Assembly (NCBI RefSeq): GCF_008065095.1
Contig: NZ_CP042911.1
Location: 6,990,001-7,022,000, forward strand
DNA: 32,000 nucleotides
Direction of reading: 5' to 3'
Source: Gemmata obscuriglobus
GTDB taxonomy: Bacteria > Planctomycetota > Planctomycetia > Gemmatales > Gemmataceae
Shown: positions 1 to 10,315 of the stretch, piece after piece
Position numbering within the stretch: the stretch's first letter is position 1
Layout: each line of letters opens with the position of its first letter
Notes under the pieces: generated by a model
Databases searched by the model: none
Told to the model about the DNA's origin: nothing
The model's input: only the letters and a program-made list of their open reading frames with translations
Program-made: the position numbers and the translations under genes

Positions 1-166
1 TCTCCCTTACGCGAGCGGGTAAAGGGGAACGCGCGGCCGAGCCCCGCCCGCGCCGCGGGGCCGAGCAGTAGCAGCGCCGCGGGCGGAACGCGCCCCGGCC
101 CGACCATCTCCTGGTGACACGAAGCCGCAGCGCCAGACGCACCGACCGCCACGGGGGCAACCGCCG

Positions 167-2644
167 ATGAACTTCCGCCTGACCGCCATCCTGTTCGGGA
201 TCGTTTTTGTAATCGGGGTGGTCCTGCTCATCCTGTCGTTCGACGCCCCCGACACCTCACCCACCGGGGTGCTGGTGGCGGAGCTGGACACGGCCGGCAA
301 AAAGTCCGACGACGTGGACGAGATCGAGTTCGAGCGCCCGGGCGCCGAGCCGCTGCTCATCAAGCGCACCGACAAGGACCGCAACACCTGGCAGATCCAG
401 AAGCCGATCGTCGCGCCGGCGGACGCGTCCCGCGTGCAGCCGGTGATCGTCGCGCTGCTGAAGGCCAAGCCCACCACCTACGCGGGCAACACCGGCAACC
501 CGGCCGCCCACGGGCTCGAGCCCGTGGGCCTGAAGGTGACCCTACGGGCCGGCGACAAGTCCTCGACCGTCAACCTCGGTGACGTCACTCTGGGCGACAA
601 AGGCGTGGTGTTCGTCACCACGTCCGCGCAGCCGAAGCGGTCGATGGCGGTGCGCCGGGACGACCTGATGGCGCTGTTCCGCGAGCCGAAGGACGGGTCG
701 GCTGCGGCGCTCGCGAAGTGGACCGCCGACTACCGCGCCACGGCCGTGTTCCCGGGTAGCACGGAGGACGTGGCGAGCGTGCGGCTCGAACTGCCGAACA
801 AGAAGCAGGCGCTGGCGCTGACCCACACGCCGAGCGGGACGTGGACGTTCGACGCCCCGGCCAACTGGGGCGACGCCGATGTCGAGGGCGATGCGGTCCC
901 GCTGCCGGGCACGTTCACCGGCGTGCGGCGGCTGCTGGGCGCGCTCACCAGCCTCAACGCGGCGACCACGGCCGACTTCATCGACCAGCCCAAGGACCTG
1001 AAGGAGTACGGGCTCAACGCCGACAACCCGGACCTCGTGAAGGTGGAACTGAAGACGCGAGACGGGCAGTCGGCGACGGTGTTCCTGGGCAAGCGTGAAA
1101 CGGCCCCCGCGGCCCCCGCGGTGCCGGGCGCCGCGCCGCAACCCAGCTCGAAGGTCTACGCGCGCGTCGAAGGGGTGTCGGGCGTGATCCGGGCCACCGC
1201 GGGCGACCTGACCGGGCTGACCGGGGTGATCGCCGACCCGGCGCCGCTCCGCGACCGCACCCTGGTGAACGTGGACCGGAACAAGGTGGACGGTATCGAC
1301 ATCGCGCTGCCGGGTCAGCCGGTCACGAAGCTGCGCCGGTCCGGCGGGCCGGTGTGGCGGCTGTACGGCTCCCCGAACGACCCGCAGCCGGCGTTCGGCG
1401 CGACGGTGGACAAGTTCCTCGACGTGGTGCTCGCCCGGCGCACGGTCAAGGACTTCCCGGCCGCGGCGACTTTCCCGGTCGCGGCGACGGTGTCGGTGTG
1501 GGCCGACGGGTTCATCCCGACCGCGGACCCGAAGGCCGAGCCGACCAAGAAGGGCGAGCCGATCAAGCTGGAGTTCGGCCCGCGGGAGGGCGATTCGGTG
1601 CGCGTCCGCCGTTCGGTTCCGGGCCAGCCGCCGGTGGAGTTCATCCTGCCGGCCCAGGTGCGGGTCGGGGCCGGGCTGGACGCCGCGGACGTCGAAGCGG
1701 CGGTGAAGAAGACGCGGCTGGATCTGCTGGACCCGTCGCTGCCCACCTTCGGCTCGGACGCGGTCACGACGCTGACCGTGAGCGGCGCGAACGGGTTCAC
1801 CGTAACGAAGGACGAGAAGCCGGACCCGGCCACGAAGGAGGTGCTGTGGCGGTACACGGCCCCGGAGGCGAAGAAGGGGCAGGTGGCCGACGCCAAAACG
1901 CTTGACGGGCTGCTGCAACTGCTGAGCACGACGCAGTCGGTCACGCGGTTCGTGGACGAGTCGCTCGACGCCGCCAAGCCGGACGAGGCCAAGAAGCTCG
2001 AGGAGTACGGGTTCCTGCCCGGCCCGCGGCTGAAGGTGGTGGTGGGCCTGAGCCCGTCGTCGCCGGACAAGGAGCGGGTGTACGAGTTCGGAAAGGACGC
2101 CGCGGACCCGAACTTCGTGTACGCGCGGGTGGGGGGCCGGGGTGCCGTGTTCACGCTCCCGCGGCTGGTGTTCGATCGGTTCATGACCCCGGACCTGCGG
2201 GACCGGTTGGTGCTGCGGGCGGTGCCGGCGGCGGCAGTGAACAAGGTGGAGCTGCGGGGCTGGGGCGACGCCGGGTTCGTGACCGAGCTGACCTTCGAGA
2301 AGAGCAAGGAGGGCGGCTGGGTCGCGACGAAGGCGCCGCCCGGGTACGCGGCGGACCCGGCCAAGGTGAGCGCGTTCGTGGACATCCTGACCCGCGAGCG
2401 GGCGAAGACGTTTGAGAAGGGCGTCCCGGAGGGCAAGCACGGGTTCGGCGACCCGAAGGCGTCGCTGCAGGTGATCCTGCACTGGCCGGCCGGCGTGGTG
2501 TCGCTGAACCTGGGCGCGTCGCCGGACAACGGCGCGTCGTATTATGTGTGGTCGGGCTGGCTGCCGAAGAGCGACCCGGTGTTCACGGTCGACGCCGCCC
2601 TGCTCAAGCCGTTCAAGGAGAAGCCGGGCGGGTTCGCGAAGTGA
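167..2644 (+). CDS. Membrane-anchored DUF4340-like protein (825 aa)
   Basis: ATG at 167. There is one N-terminal hydrophobic helix (LTAILFGIVFVIGVVLLIL). The rest is a long soluble region of repeated modules with a W-x-hydrophobic ... AD...V...L pattern, which I recall from DUF4340 proteins. GC3 bias is strong. All overlapping ORFs are Arg/Pro/Gly-rich shadow frames. The family call is from memory only. Confidence 0.65.
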   Translation: MNFRLTAILFGIVFVIGVVLLILSFDAPDTSPTGVLVAELDTAGKKSDDVDEIEFERPGAEPLLIKRTDKDRNTWQIQKPIVAPADASRVQPVIVALLKAKPTTYAGNTGNPAAHGLEPVGLKVTLRAGDKSSTVNLGDVTLGDKGVVFVTTSAQPKRSMAVRRDDLMALFREPKDGSAAALAKWTADYRATAVFPGSTEDVASVRLELPNKKQALALTHTPSGTWTFDAPANWGDADVEGDAVPLPGTFTGVRRLLGALTSLNAATTADFIDQPKDLKEYGLNADNPDLVKVELKTRDGQSATVFLGKRETAPAAPAVPGAAPQPSSKVYARVEGVSGVIRATAGDLTGLTGVIADPAPLRDRTLVNVDRNKVDGIDIALPGQPVTKLRRSGGPVWRLYGSPNDPQPAFGATVDKFLDVVLARRTVKDFPAAATFPVAATVSVWADGFIPTADPKAEPTKKGEPIKLEFGPREGDSVRVRRSVPGQPPVEFILPAQVRVGAGLDAADVEAAVKKTRLDLLDPSLPTFGSDAVTTLTVSGANGFTVTKDEKPDPATKEVLWRYTAPEAKKGQVADAKTLDGLLQLLSTTQSVTRFVDESLDAAKPDEAKKLEEYGFLPGPRLKVVVGLSPSSPDKERVYEFGKDAADPNFVYARVGGRGAVFTLPRLVFDRFMTPDLRDRLVLRAVPAAAVNKVELRGWGDAGFVTELTFEKSKEGGWVATKAPPGYAADPAKVSAFVDILTRERAKTFEKGVPEGKHGFGDPKASLQVILHWPAGVVSLNLGASPDNGASYYVWSGWLPKSDPVFTVDAALLKPFKEKPGGFAK

Positions 2645-2655
2645 CTCCCCAGCAG

Positions 2656-2726
2656 GCCGGCAGAAACGTCCCGGGGGCGGGCAAGGGATGTGATCCCTTG
2701 CCCGCCCCCGGGACGTTTCTGCCGGC
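2656..2726 (+). terminator. Perfect 33-bp stem / 5-nt loop hairpin 11 nt after the stop codon; putative terminator or REP-like element
   Basis: The left arm 2656-2688 (gccggcagaaacgtcccgggggcgggcaaggga) is the exact reverse complement of the right arm 2694-2726. The loop is tgtga. No T-tract follows. Confidence 0.55.
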
Positions 2727-3012
2727 AGTCGCCGCGCGGGTGGCGGTAAGTTACGAACGGATTCCGGGGCTCTCGTTCGCGCGGTCGTGCGGCGCCGAAG
2801 TCGGTCCGCGCGACCGTCTGGCTGGGAGCCCGACGTGCGGTGCCGCAAACGCGCCGCCCCCCGGACCATTGTGGCAATCGGCCGGGGGCGTTACAAGAAT
2901 GATACGCGCACTCACGGCACCCGAGCGCGCACGTTCCGTTCTCCCGCGGTCTGGTGCTGACAATCGAACACCGTAACACCTGAGCCGCCGCGAACCCGCG
3001 AAACGGACCCTC

Positions 3013-3699
3013 ATGAAATTGCTACTGACCAACGACGACGGCATCGAGGCCGCCGGGCTGCACGCCCTCTTGACCGCGGCGCGCGGGCTGGGCGAGCCGG
3101 TGGTGGTCGCCCCGGCCGGACCGCAATCGGGCGTCAGCCACGCCGTCACCACCGAGGGGCCGGTCCGCGTCGACGCGCGCGACAACCGGTTTGCGGTTCA
3201 CGGCACCCCGGCCGACTGCGCCCGGGTCGGGTTGCACCGGCTGTGCCCCGACGCCGGGTTGGTGCTGTCCGGCATCAACCACGGCGGCAACCTGGGGGCG
3301 GACGTGTACTACTCCGGCACCGTGGCGGCGGTCCGCGAGGCCGTTCTTCACGGGTGGACCGGCGTCGCACTGTCGCACTACCGCAAGCGGGGAATGGAGT
3401 TCGACTGGCCGCGGGCGGCGCGCTGGGCGGCCCGCTGTTTGACCGACTTGCTCGCCCGGCCGCGGGTGCCGGGAGCGTTCTACAACGTCAACCTGCCGCA
3501 CCTGCGGCCGGACGAACCCGACCCGGAAATGGTGTTCTGCCCCCTCGACCCGCACCCCCTGCCGCTCAGCTACCGACACGAGGGCGACGGCGGGATGCGC
3601 TACGACGGCGACTACCACACCCGCCAACGAACGGCCGGGGCCGATGTCGATGTGTGCTTCGGCGGGCGAATCGCCGTCACGGTTATCAAGCTGCTTTGA
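3013..3699 (+). CDS. surE: 5'/3'-nucleotidase SurE
   Basis: The N-terminus MKLLLTNDDGIEAAGL carries the SurE signature (LxTNDDG). GINHGGNLG and YSGTVAAVREA motifs are present. Length is 228 aa. Confidence 0.9.
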   Translation: MKLLLTNDDGIEAAGLHALLTAARGLGEPVVVAPAGPQSGVSHAVTTEGPVRVDARDNRFAVHGTPADCARVGLHRLCPDAGLVLSGINHGGNLGADVYYSGTVAAVREAVLHGWTGVALSHYRKRGMEFDWPRAARWAARCLTDLLARPRVPGAFYNVNLPHLRPDEPDPEMVFCPLDPHPLPLSYRHEGDGGMRYDGDYHTRQRTAGADVDVCFGGRIAVTVIKLL

Positions 3700-3835
3700 C
3701 GCTCGGCCTCGGGCCGCTACTTCCGGACAACGACCGGCACCGGGTCAGACGTGCGGGTGGTAGGATAAAACTACGGTCGAACCGCAACGAGCGTGCCGGA
3801 CACTGGTCCGAAGCGCGGCACGCCCGCGGCCGGGT

Positions 3836-5740
3836 TCAGGGCCGGTCCAGCACCTCGCGAACCTTGTCCTTGAGCGCGTCGAGCGAAAACGGCTTGTGCA
3901 GAAAGTCGCACGCGGCCGGCCCGACGCTCGGGTGGGTCGGCGTGTCTTCCGTGTACCCGGACGTGAACAGCACCCGCACCCCCTTCTTGAGCCGGGCGAC
4001 CCGCTCGGCCACCTGGCGCCCGGACAAGTGCGGCATCACGAGGCCGGTAATGAGCAGGTGAATCGGCCCCGCGTGCCGCTCCGCCGCCGCCACGCCCGCG
4101 GCCCCGTCGCCCGCCTCCAGGACGGTGTACCCGCTCCGCTCCAGCACCAACCGGGTCATGCGCCGCACCATCTCTTCGTCCTCCACGAGCAGGACGGTCT
4201 CGTGCCCCCGGGCGGCCAGCCGGAGTTCCCGGCTCGACGGCGGCTCGGTGTACTGCGGGAGGAACACGCGGAACGTCGTACCCGCCCCGACCGCGCTCGA
4301 AACCTCAATGTGCCCCCGGCTCTGCTTGACCACCCCGTACACCGTCGACAGCCCCAGGCCGGTGGCGTTGCCCAGCCCCTTGGTGGTGAAGAACGGCTCG
4401 AACACGCGGGCCAGCACCTCCGGGGGCATCCCGGTTCCGGTGTCGGACACCGCCAGCACGGCGTACCGGCCGGGCTTCACGTCCGGGTGCTCCCGCGTCG
4501 TGTCGTCCCCCAGCTCGGCGTTCGCGGTGCGGACCGTCAGCCGCCCGCCCCGCGGCATGGCATCGCGCGCGTTCGCCGCCAGGTTCAAAATGACCTGCCC
4601 GAGCTGGGTCGGGTCGGCCTTCACGTCCCACAGGCCCGCGGCCGGCTCCGTCACCAGTTCGATGCGGTCCCCGAGCACCCGCCGGACCATCGCCCCCATG
4701 TCCCGCACGACGGTGTTCAGGTTCAGCACCGCCGGCACCAGCATCTGCTTGCGGCTGAACGCCATGATCTGCTGGGTCAGGGCGGCCGCCCGCTTCCCGG
4801 CGTCGTAGATGTTCTGCGCCGCCTCCGCCCGCTCCGCGGGCGGCTGACCGTCCAGCAGCAGCAGCTGGCTGAAACCGGTTATTATCGTCATAATGTTATT
4901 AAAGTCGTGGGCGATCCCGCCGGCCAGCCGCCCGATGGCCTCCATCTTCTGGGCCTGCCGGAGGTGCTCCTCGAGCCGGCGGCGCTCGGAGGTGTCGCGG
5001 AACACCAGCACCGCGCCGGCCACCAGACCGCCCGCCCCGCGGATCGGGGCGGCGCTGTCGTCGACGGGCCGCTCGGTGCCGTCGCGGGCGACCAGGACCG
5101 TGTCCGGGGCCAGGGCGACCGGTTCCCCCCGCGCCAGGGCCGCGAGCGCCGGGTTCGGAACCGGCTCCCGCGTCTTCTCCCCCACGATGTGGAACACCTC
5201 GGTCACGTGCCGGCCGGCGGCGTCGGCCTGGGGCCAGCCGGTGAGCCGCTCGGCGAGCGCGTTCATGAACCGCACCCGGCCCGCCTCGTCGGTCGCGATC
5301 ACCCCGTCCCCGATGCTCCCCAGGGTGGCCGCCAGCCACTGCGCGTTCTCCCGCACCCGCCGGTCGCTCCGGTGCCGGTACAGCCCGATCTCGATGGCCG
5401 TCTTCAGGTCCGAGTCCTCGAACGGCTTGAGCACGTACCCGTGCGGCTCGGTGAGCTTCGCCCGCTGGAGGGTGGCGTCGTCCGAGTGGGCGGTCAGGAA
5501 CACTACCGGCACGTCCACTTCGCGGCGGATGCGGTCCGCCGCTTCCACCCCGTCGATCCCGGCCCCGAGGGTGATGTCCATCAGCACCAGGTCGGGCCGC
5601 AGCTCGCCCGCCCGCCGGACGCCCTCCTCGCCGGTGGCGGCCACACCGGCCACGGCGTACCCGAGGCCCCGGAGCCGCTTCTCGATGACCCGGGAGATGA
5701 TCCGTTCGTCCTCGACGACGAGGATGGCGGTGGTGCTCAT
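3836..5740 (-). CDS. Hybrid sensor histidine kinase / response regulator (REC-PAS-HisKA-HATPase-REC), 634 aa
   Basis: The real start is the ATG at 5738-5740 ([12 protein letters not shown]...), not 7660. The upstream 640 codons of the track ORF are an RPG-rich shadow frame over the neighbouring kinase gene. Motifs: REC ([16 protein letters not shown]), PAS, H-box [13 protein letters not shown]-box [11 protein letters not shown]-boxes DTGTGM and GLGLS, and a C-terminal REC-like domain. Confidence 0.85.
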   Translation of the reverse strand: MSTTAILVVEDERIISRVIEKRLRGLGYAVAGVAATGEEGVRRAGELRPDLVLMDITLGAGIDGVEAADRIRREVDVPVVFLTAHSDDATLQRAKLTEPHGYVLKPFEDSDLKTAIEIGLYRHRSDRRVRENAQWLAATLGSIGDGVIATDEAGRVRFMNALAERLTGWPQADAAGRHVTEVFHIVGEKTREPVPNPALAALARGEPVALAPDTVLVARDGTERPVDDSAAPIRGAGGLVAGAVLVFRDTSERRRLEEHLRQAQKMEAIGRLAGGIAHDFNNIMTIITGFSQLLLLDGQPPAERAEAAQNIYDAGKRAAALTQQIMAFSRKQMLVPAVLNLNTVVRDMGAMVRRVLGDRIELVTEPAAGLWDVKADPTQLGQVILNLAANARDAMPRGGRLTVRTANAELGDDTTREHPDVKPGRYAVLAVSDTGTGMPPEVLARVFEPFFTTKGLGNATGLGLSTVYGVVKQSRGHIEVSSAVGAGTTFRVFLPQYTEPPSSRELRLAARGHETVLLVEDEEMVRRMTRLVLERSGYTVLEAGDGAAGVAAAERHAGPIHLLITGLVMPHLSGRQVAERVARLKKGVRVLFTSGYTEDTPTHPSVGPAACDFLHKPFSLDALKDKVREVLDRP

Positions 5741-5748
5741 GAGCGGCT

Positions 5749-7488
5749 CTACTTCTGGGCGGGGAACCGGATGGTGAACGTCGTCCCGCGGGCGGCGGAC
5801 AGCGCCGCCGCGCCGCCCAACTGGTCCACCAGGGTGCCGACCAACTGGAGCCCGAACGACGCGGTGTTGCGGAAGTCGGTGCCGGCGGGGAACCCGGTCC
5901 CGTCGTCGGCCACGGTGAGAACGTTGGCGCCGCCGTCCCGGTGCAGGGACACCCGGATGCGCCCCGCGGCGCCGTCCCGGAAGGCGTGCTTGAAGCAGTT
6001 CGACATCAGCTCGTTCAGCAGCAGCCCGCACGGGATGGCGATGTCGATGGGCAGCGGCGGGACGGTCACGGCCAGTTCCAGCCGGACGTCGTCGCCGGAC
6101 ACCTTGTAAGTGCGGTACAGGTCGTCGGCCAGTTGCCGCGCGTACTCGGAGAAGTCCACCCGGGCCAGATCGGCGGACCGATACAACCGCTCGTGGATCA
6201 GGGCCATCGACTTCACCCGCCCGCGGCTCTCCTGGAACAGGGCGAGCGCGTGGGGGTCGGCGGTGTGCTCCGACTGGAGGTCCAGCAGGGCGGACACGAT
6301 CTGGAGGTTGTTCTTGACCCGGTGGTGGATCTCCTTGAGCAGCACCTCCTTCTCCCGCAGCGACGCCAGCACCAGCTCCTCCGACCGCTTCCGGGCGGTG
6401 ACGTCCTGGGTGGTGACCGCCACCCCGTCGCCCAGGCGCACCACCTGGTGCCGGAGCCACCGCGCCGCCCCCCCGTCGTCCGGCCCGAGGGTGAGGTCCT
6501 CCGCCAGCGGCTCGCCCGTCTCGGCCACCCGCGCGTACCGGTCGAAGAGCCCGCCGGTGCGGCTCACGGGGAGCAGCTCGCACAGCCGCCGGCCGAGGAC
6601 CTGTTCGCGGGGCCGGCGCACCAGTTCGGCGCCCCGCCGGTTCAGCTCGGCGAACCGGAAATCGGTGATCGCCCCGCCCGGCCCGCGCTCGGCGGACAGG
6701 AAGTACACGGCGTCGAGGCTCGCCTCCATGGCGGCCCGGAACCGCTCCTCGCTGTCCCGCAGCGCGACCTCCGCCCGGGTCCGGTCGGTGACGTCCGTGA
6801 TCGCGGCCACGAGCCCGTCCACGAGCCCGCCCGCGCCGACCACCGGGCGGCAGGTGCAGCGCACCCGCCGCGGCCCGCCGCCCGGGCCGGCCATGTCCGT
6901 CTCGAACTCCACCGCCCGCCCGGCGAGTGCGGCGTCCAGGCGCTCCCGGATGCGGTCGTACCCGGCCGGCCCGAGCACCTCCGGGACGGTCTTCCCCAGC
7001 ACCTCTTGCGGGTCCAGCCCGAAGCGCTCGGCGTACGCCCGGTTGACGAACCGGTGCCGCCGCTCGCGGTCGCAGTGGAGGAGGAGCACCGGCGCGTGGT
7101 CGGTAGCGAGCCGGAGGAGCGCGTGGCAGGCGCCGAGCGCCGCCTCGGCCCGGCGCCGCCGCCGGTGGGCGCTCTCGCACGCGAGCGACACGAGCGCCCC
7201 GACCCCGACGAGCAGACCGACCCGGGCCGGATCGGCGGCGCCGCCGCGGTACACCGGGTCGTTGAACAGCGCGGCGACGGCCGCCGCGCCCAGCGCCGTC
7301 GCACAGGCCCCGGCCCCGCCCCCGCCGCACCAGGCGGCGAGGAGGACGGGGACGACGAACGGCATCAGGAAAAGGGAGGGGCCGAGCGCCGGGTCGAGCG
7401 CGCGGCACGCCGCCGCCGCCGCCGCCGTGGCGCAGGCCGCGACGACGTACCCGACCGGCCGCAGAGAGAACAAGGGGCGAGGGTTCAC
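5749..7488 (-). CDS. Membrane-associated PAS sensor histidine kinase, HisKA_2 type (579 aa)
   Basis: GTG start at 7488. The N-terminus is hydrophobic, followed by two PAS-like segments. The H-box [20 protein letters not shown] is typical of HisKA_2. The HATPase region contains [12 protein letters not shown] and DDGTGF. Its stop lies 8 nt upstream of the hybrid kinase start. Confidence 0.8.
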   Translation of the reverse strand: MNPRPLFSLRPVGYVVAACATAAAAAACRALDPALGPSLFLMPFVVPVLLAAWCGGGGAGACATALGAAAVAALFNDPVYRGGAADPARVGLLVGVGALVSLACESAHRRRRRAEAALGACHALLRLATDHAPVLLLHCDRERRHRFVNRAYAERFGLDPQEVLGKTVPEVLGPAGYDRIRERLDAALAGRAVEFETDMAGPGGGPRRVRCTCRPVVGAGGLVDGLVAAITDVTDRTRAEVALRDSEERFRAAMEASLDAVYFLSAERGPGGAITDFRFAELNRRGAELVRRPREQVLGRRLCELLPVSRTGGLFDRYARVAETGEPLAEDLTLGPDDGGAARWLRHQVVRLGDGVAVTTQDVTARKRSEELVLASLREKEVLLKEIHHRVKNNLQIVSALLDLQSEHTADPHALALFQESRGRVKSMALIHERLYRSADLARVDFSEYARQLADDLYRTYKVSGDDVRLELAVTVPPLPIDIAIPCGLLLNELMSNCFKHAFRDGAAGRIRVSLHRDGGANVLTVADDGTGFPAGTDFRNTASFGLQLVGTLVDQLGGAAALSAARGTTFTIRFPAQK

Positions 7489-7706
7489 GCGACGTCTCGT
7501 TCCGCAATGGGTCGGCCGAATCGGTCACAGGCGCGCTCGAATGCCGGACCGGCCGACCGCGGCGCCCACACCAGAACGTAGACCGCGCCGCGGGGGGCCG
7601 CAACCAGCGGCGCGTCAGTTGCAAAACGCGCTCGATAAAATTACTGACAAACCATAGCACGCGGCCCGCGCCCGACCGAACGCCTCGCGGCGAACGGCAC
7701 GGCGGG

Positions 7707-8663
7707 TCACGCCCCCGCGCCGGGCTCTTCCCGCCGCTTCACCAGCATCACCTGGTTGCCGGCCGAGTTGAACATCACCTCGTCGGCGAACGTGCGCATG
7801 AACAGCAGCCCGCGCCCGGTGGCCCGCCCCAGGTACGACGCGTCGGTCGGCTCCGGGAGGGACGACACGTCGAACCCGGGCCCCTGGTCCGCGATCACGT
7901 AGGACGCCGACGCCGGGTTCAGGGTCGCCGTCAGCGCCACCTGCCGGTTCCGGTACGGCGACTGGTCCCGGCGCGCGGCCACGAGCCGCGCGAACGATCC
8001 GTCGCCGGGCGCCGCCGACGCCGAACCCACCTCCAGGTTGCCGTGGTACACGGCGTTCAGCAGGGCCTCCTTCAGGGCCGTCCCGACCCGGGTGGCGCCG
8101 GTCGCGTCGCACAGCCCGAACGCCACCAGCTCCTCGCGCAGCAACTGGACCAGCGGCGGGATCAGCGCGGGGTCGTTGTCCAGCACGTACCGGGACACCC
8201 GCTCGCGGAGCGCGCGGAGCGCGCCGACGCGCCCGTCGTCCAGCTTGGACGCGGTCAGCACCTGCCCGATCACGGTCACCAGGTCGAGCGGAATGTTCCG
8301 CTTGGGCACGTAACTGGCCGCCCCGAGCTGAAGGGCCGCCAGGGCGAGTTCCTCGCTCCCGCTGCCGGTCATCAGCACCACCGGAACGCGGGGGTGCTCC
8401 CGGCGGATGTGCCCCACCAGCGCCAGCCCGTCCATCCGGGGCATCTGCATGTCGGTGAGCACGGCGGCCGGGGTGAAGTGGTTGAGCGCCGCCATCGCCT
8501 CGACCCCGTCCGCGGCCTGGACCACGCGCCACCCGCCCCCGGCCTCGAGCAGGCGCCGGGCGAGGAGCCGGTCCACCGCCGAGTCGTCGACCACCAGCAC
8601 CGTCACCTCGTCTGTTCCCATCAGCGCGTCTCCGCAGTTCCGGCAGGAGCCGGCCCGAGCCAC
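7707..8663 (-). CDS. Response-regulator receiver fused to an RsbW/SpoIIAB-like ATPase (HATPase_c_2) domain
   Basis: REC motifs: VLVVDDS, VLTDMQMPRMDG, LMTGSG and YVPK. The C-terminal half carries EALLNAVYHGNLE (N-box) and IADQGPGFD (G1). An alternative start is the ATG at 8621 (MGTDEV...). Confidence 0.75.
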   Translation of the reverse strand: MARAGSCRNCGDALMGTDEVTVLVVDDSAVDRLLARRLLEAGGGWRVVQAADGVEAMAALNHFTPAAVLTDMQMPRMDGLALVGHIRREHPRVPVVLMTGSGSEELALAALQLGAASYVPKRNIPLDLVTVIGQVLTASKLDDGRVGALRALRERVSRYVLDNDPALIPPLVQLLREELVAFGLCDATGATRVGTALKEALLNAVYHGNLEVGSASAAPGDGSFARLVAARRDQSPYRNRQVALTATLNPASASYVIADQGPGFDVSSLPEPTDASYLGRATGRGLLFMRTFADEVMFNSAGNQVMLVKRREEPGAGA

Positions 8664-9505
8664 TCAGGCAGGGCCGCTGTCAGTTCCCCAGTCTCCGCCA
8701 CTAGATCCCGATACAACTCCTCGTCGCCCCCAGTCGGGCGGTCGCCGGGACGCCGTCCAGCGCCGGTTCTAAAGCCAGGGTGTTGCGGGCGAACAGCCGG
8801 CGCGGCGCGTGGCCCGGTCCCAGGCGGTGATGTCCTGGATCTGGGCAACGAAGCGGCGCGGCCAGTCGACCGCGTCCGGGACCGGCCAGACGACGAGCAA
8901 AATCCAGACCGCGCGCCCGTCTGTGTGGAAGTACTATTTCTCCGTCTGGTGCGCGCGGGCACCGACGGCCAGAAGACGGTGCGCGTGCCCCTCGTCGGCC
9001 GGAAGGTCGTCGGTTGCGTGATCGTCCGGAAATCGGTCGCGAGCGGTTCCGTTTCGGGGTAACTGACGCGCTCGTACCGGGTGCGGTTCGGCCGCAGGAA
9101 CCGCCTGTCCGGAGCGACCGGCGCCATCTACCGGTGGCCGCGTCGTCGAACACCCGGCGGAACGGCTCCTGGGTCTGCCACCGTTCGCGGTGCGCGGCCC
9201 TGGCGAGTTCACACCCCGTGTGCTCCAGTCACGGCCAGTCGGCCACGCCGTACAACGATCAGGGTCACGCGGACCGGCGAACGACGTGCCCCAGGTCGTC
9301 ACCGCGGACGCCACCAGCAGCACCCGCCCGGCGCGGTACCGGCTCTGACGAGAGCGTAGTTCATGCAGAGCAGGAATCTGCGAAAACAGACCTGGTTCGC
9401 GGCAACGTCGCGTTGCGCATGCCGCCAAATTGCGGTGCGACGGTGAAGATTCAAACAAATGAGCGAGTAGCACCAGTCGGGCGACTGCGTTTCGCGAGGA
9501 AGGCG

Positions 9506-10315
9506 TCACACCACCGCTGTGACTTGGTGCAGCCCCCAAACGGCGGGCAGATCGCCGAGCGGTAGCGCGCGGAGCGCCTTCTGTTGCTCAACGATCTCCC
9601 CGGCGGTAATGATGTTGAGGGCCGCGAGCGTGTCGCACACTTCGTCGTAAATCAGTGCTATGTTCTCCAACACGCTTTCGTCCGTGGCGAACGGGTGCCA
9701 CACGTGCTTCACCTCGCGGTAGCCGGATTCGTACATCGCGGGGGCCAGGGACGCCCCCACCGCCGGCGAGATGCGCCGCGCGGCGTACAGCTCGTTGATC
9801 GCACGCGCGAACGTCAAGAGCGGGGCCAGTTCCGGGCGCTGCTGTTCTGCGCGCGCGAGTTGCGCGAGCGGGCGGCGGAAGTCGGGCTCCAGGAACCCGA
9901 CCCGCGTGCCCGCGGGCAGCACGGCGCGCAGCCGCCCGACCAGGAACTCCGCCATCGGAACGTGGTGCAGCACGGCACGGCCCAGCACCACACCGGCGCC
10001 GTCGAGCCACGCGCCCGGCTTCGCCACGTCTGCCAGCGTCGGCCGGAAGCGGTCCGTCCCCAGCGCGGCGGTCGCGTGCTCGAGCAGGTGCGGGGACGAG
10101 TCCACGCCGACCACAGCCCCGTCCGGCCCGAGCCGGTGCAGGATGCGGCGGGTGAACGCCCCCGGCCCGCACCCCAGCTCGACCACGCGGTCGTCGGGGC
10201 ACACGTCGAGCGCGTCGAGCAGCGCCTCCGACGGCGCGGCGAAGTGCCGGTCTTGCAGCTCGAGTCGCCGGGCCGCCCGCTCCGACTGGCCCAGCACGTA
10301 ATCGGTGGTGCTCAT
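9506..10315 (-). CDS. Class I SAM-dependent methyltransferase (269 aa)
   Basis: Motif I is VVELGCGPGAFT, with post-I VGVDSS. Its ATG overlaps the stop of the upstream gene (ATGA at 10312-10315). Confidence 0.8.
   Translation of the reverse strand: MSTTDYVLGQSERAARRLELQDRHFAAPSEALLDALDVCPDDRVVELGCGPGAFTRRILHRLGPDGAVVGVDSSPHLLEHATAALGTDRFRPTLADVAKPGAWLDGAGVVLGRAVLHHVPMAEFLVGRLRAVLPAGTRVGFLEPDFRRPLAQLARAEQQRPELAPLLTFARAINELYAARRISPAVGASLAPAMYESGYREVKHVWHPFATDESVLENIALIYDEVCDTLAALNIITAGEIVEQQKALRALPLGDLPAVWGLHQVTAVV

Noticed and set aside
1-117. Possible 3' end of an upstream plus-strand gene (the frame is open from base 1 to a TGA at 115-117, with high GC3).
   Set aside because: Only 38 codons are visible and they are low-complexity (Ser/Ala/Pro/Gly). 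I cannot support a gene or a family.
542-2869. 775-aa minus-strand ORF opposite the DUF4340-like gene. The same applies to the similar long ORFs 3896-6109(+), 5941-7581(+), 6110-7657(+), 16934-19324(-), 26657-28405(+), 28429-29571(-), 29684-31036(-) and 10336-11682(+).
   Set aside because: They are extremely Arg/Pro/Gly/His-rich and low-complexity, and they lie antisense or out of frame to genes with clear family motifs. These are typical shadow ORFs of high-GC DNA.
3791-3823. 8-bp stem / 17-nt loop between the convergent surE and hybrid-kinase genes, as a possible bidirectional terminator.
   Set aside because: The stem is short, the loop is large and there is no T-tract. It cannot be distinguished from chance in GC-rich DNA.
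3836-7660. A single 1274-aa ORF suggesting one giant kinase.
   Set aside because: Its first ~640 codons are RPG-rich and run out of frame across the well-formed HisKA_2 kinase gene (5749-7488). The real gene starts at the ATG at 5740, 8 nt after that kinase's stop.
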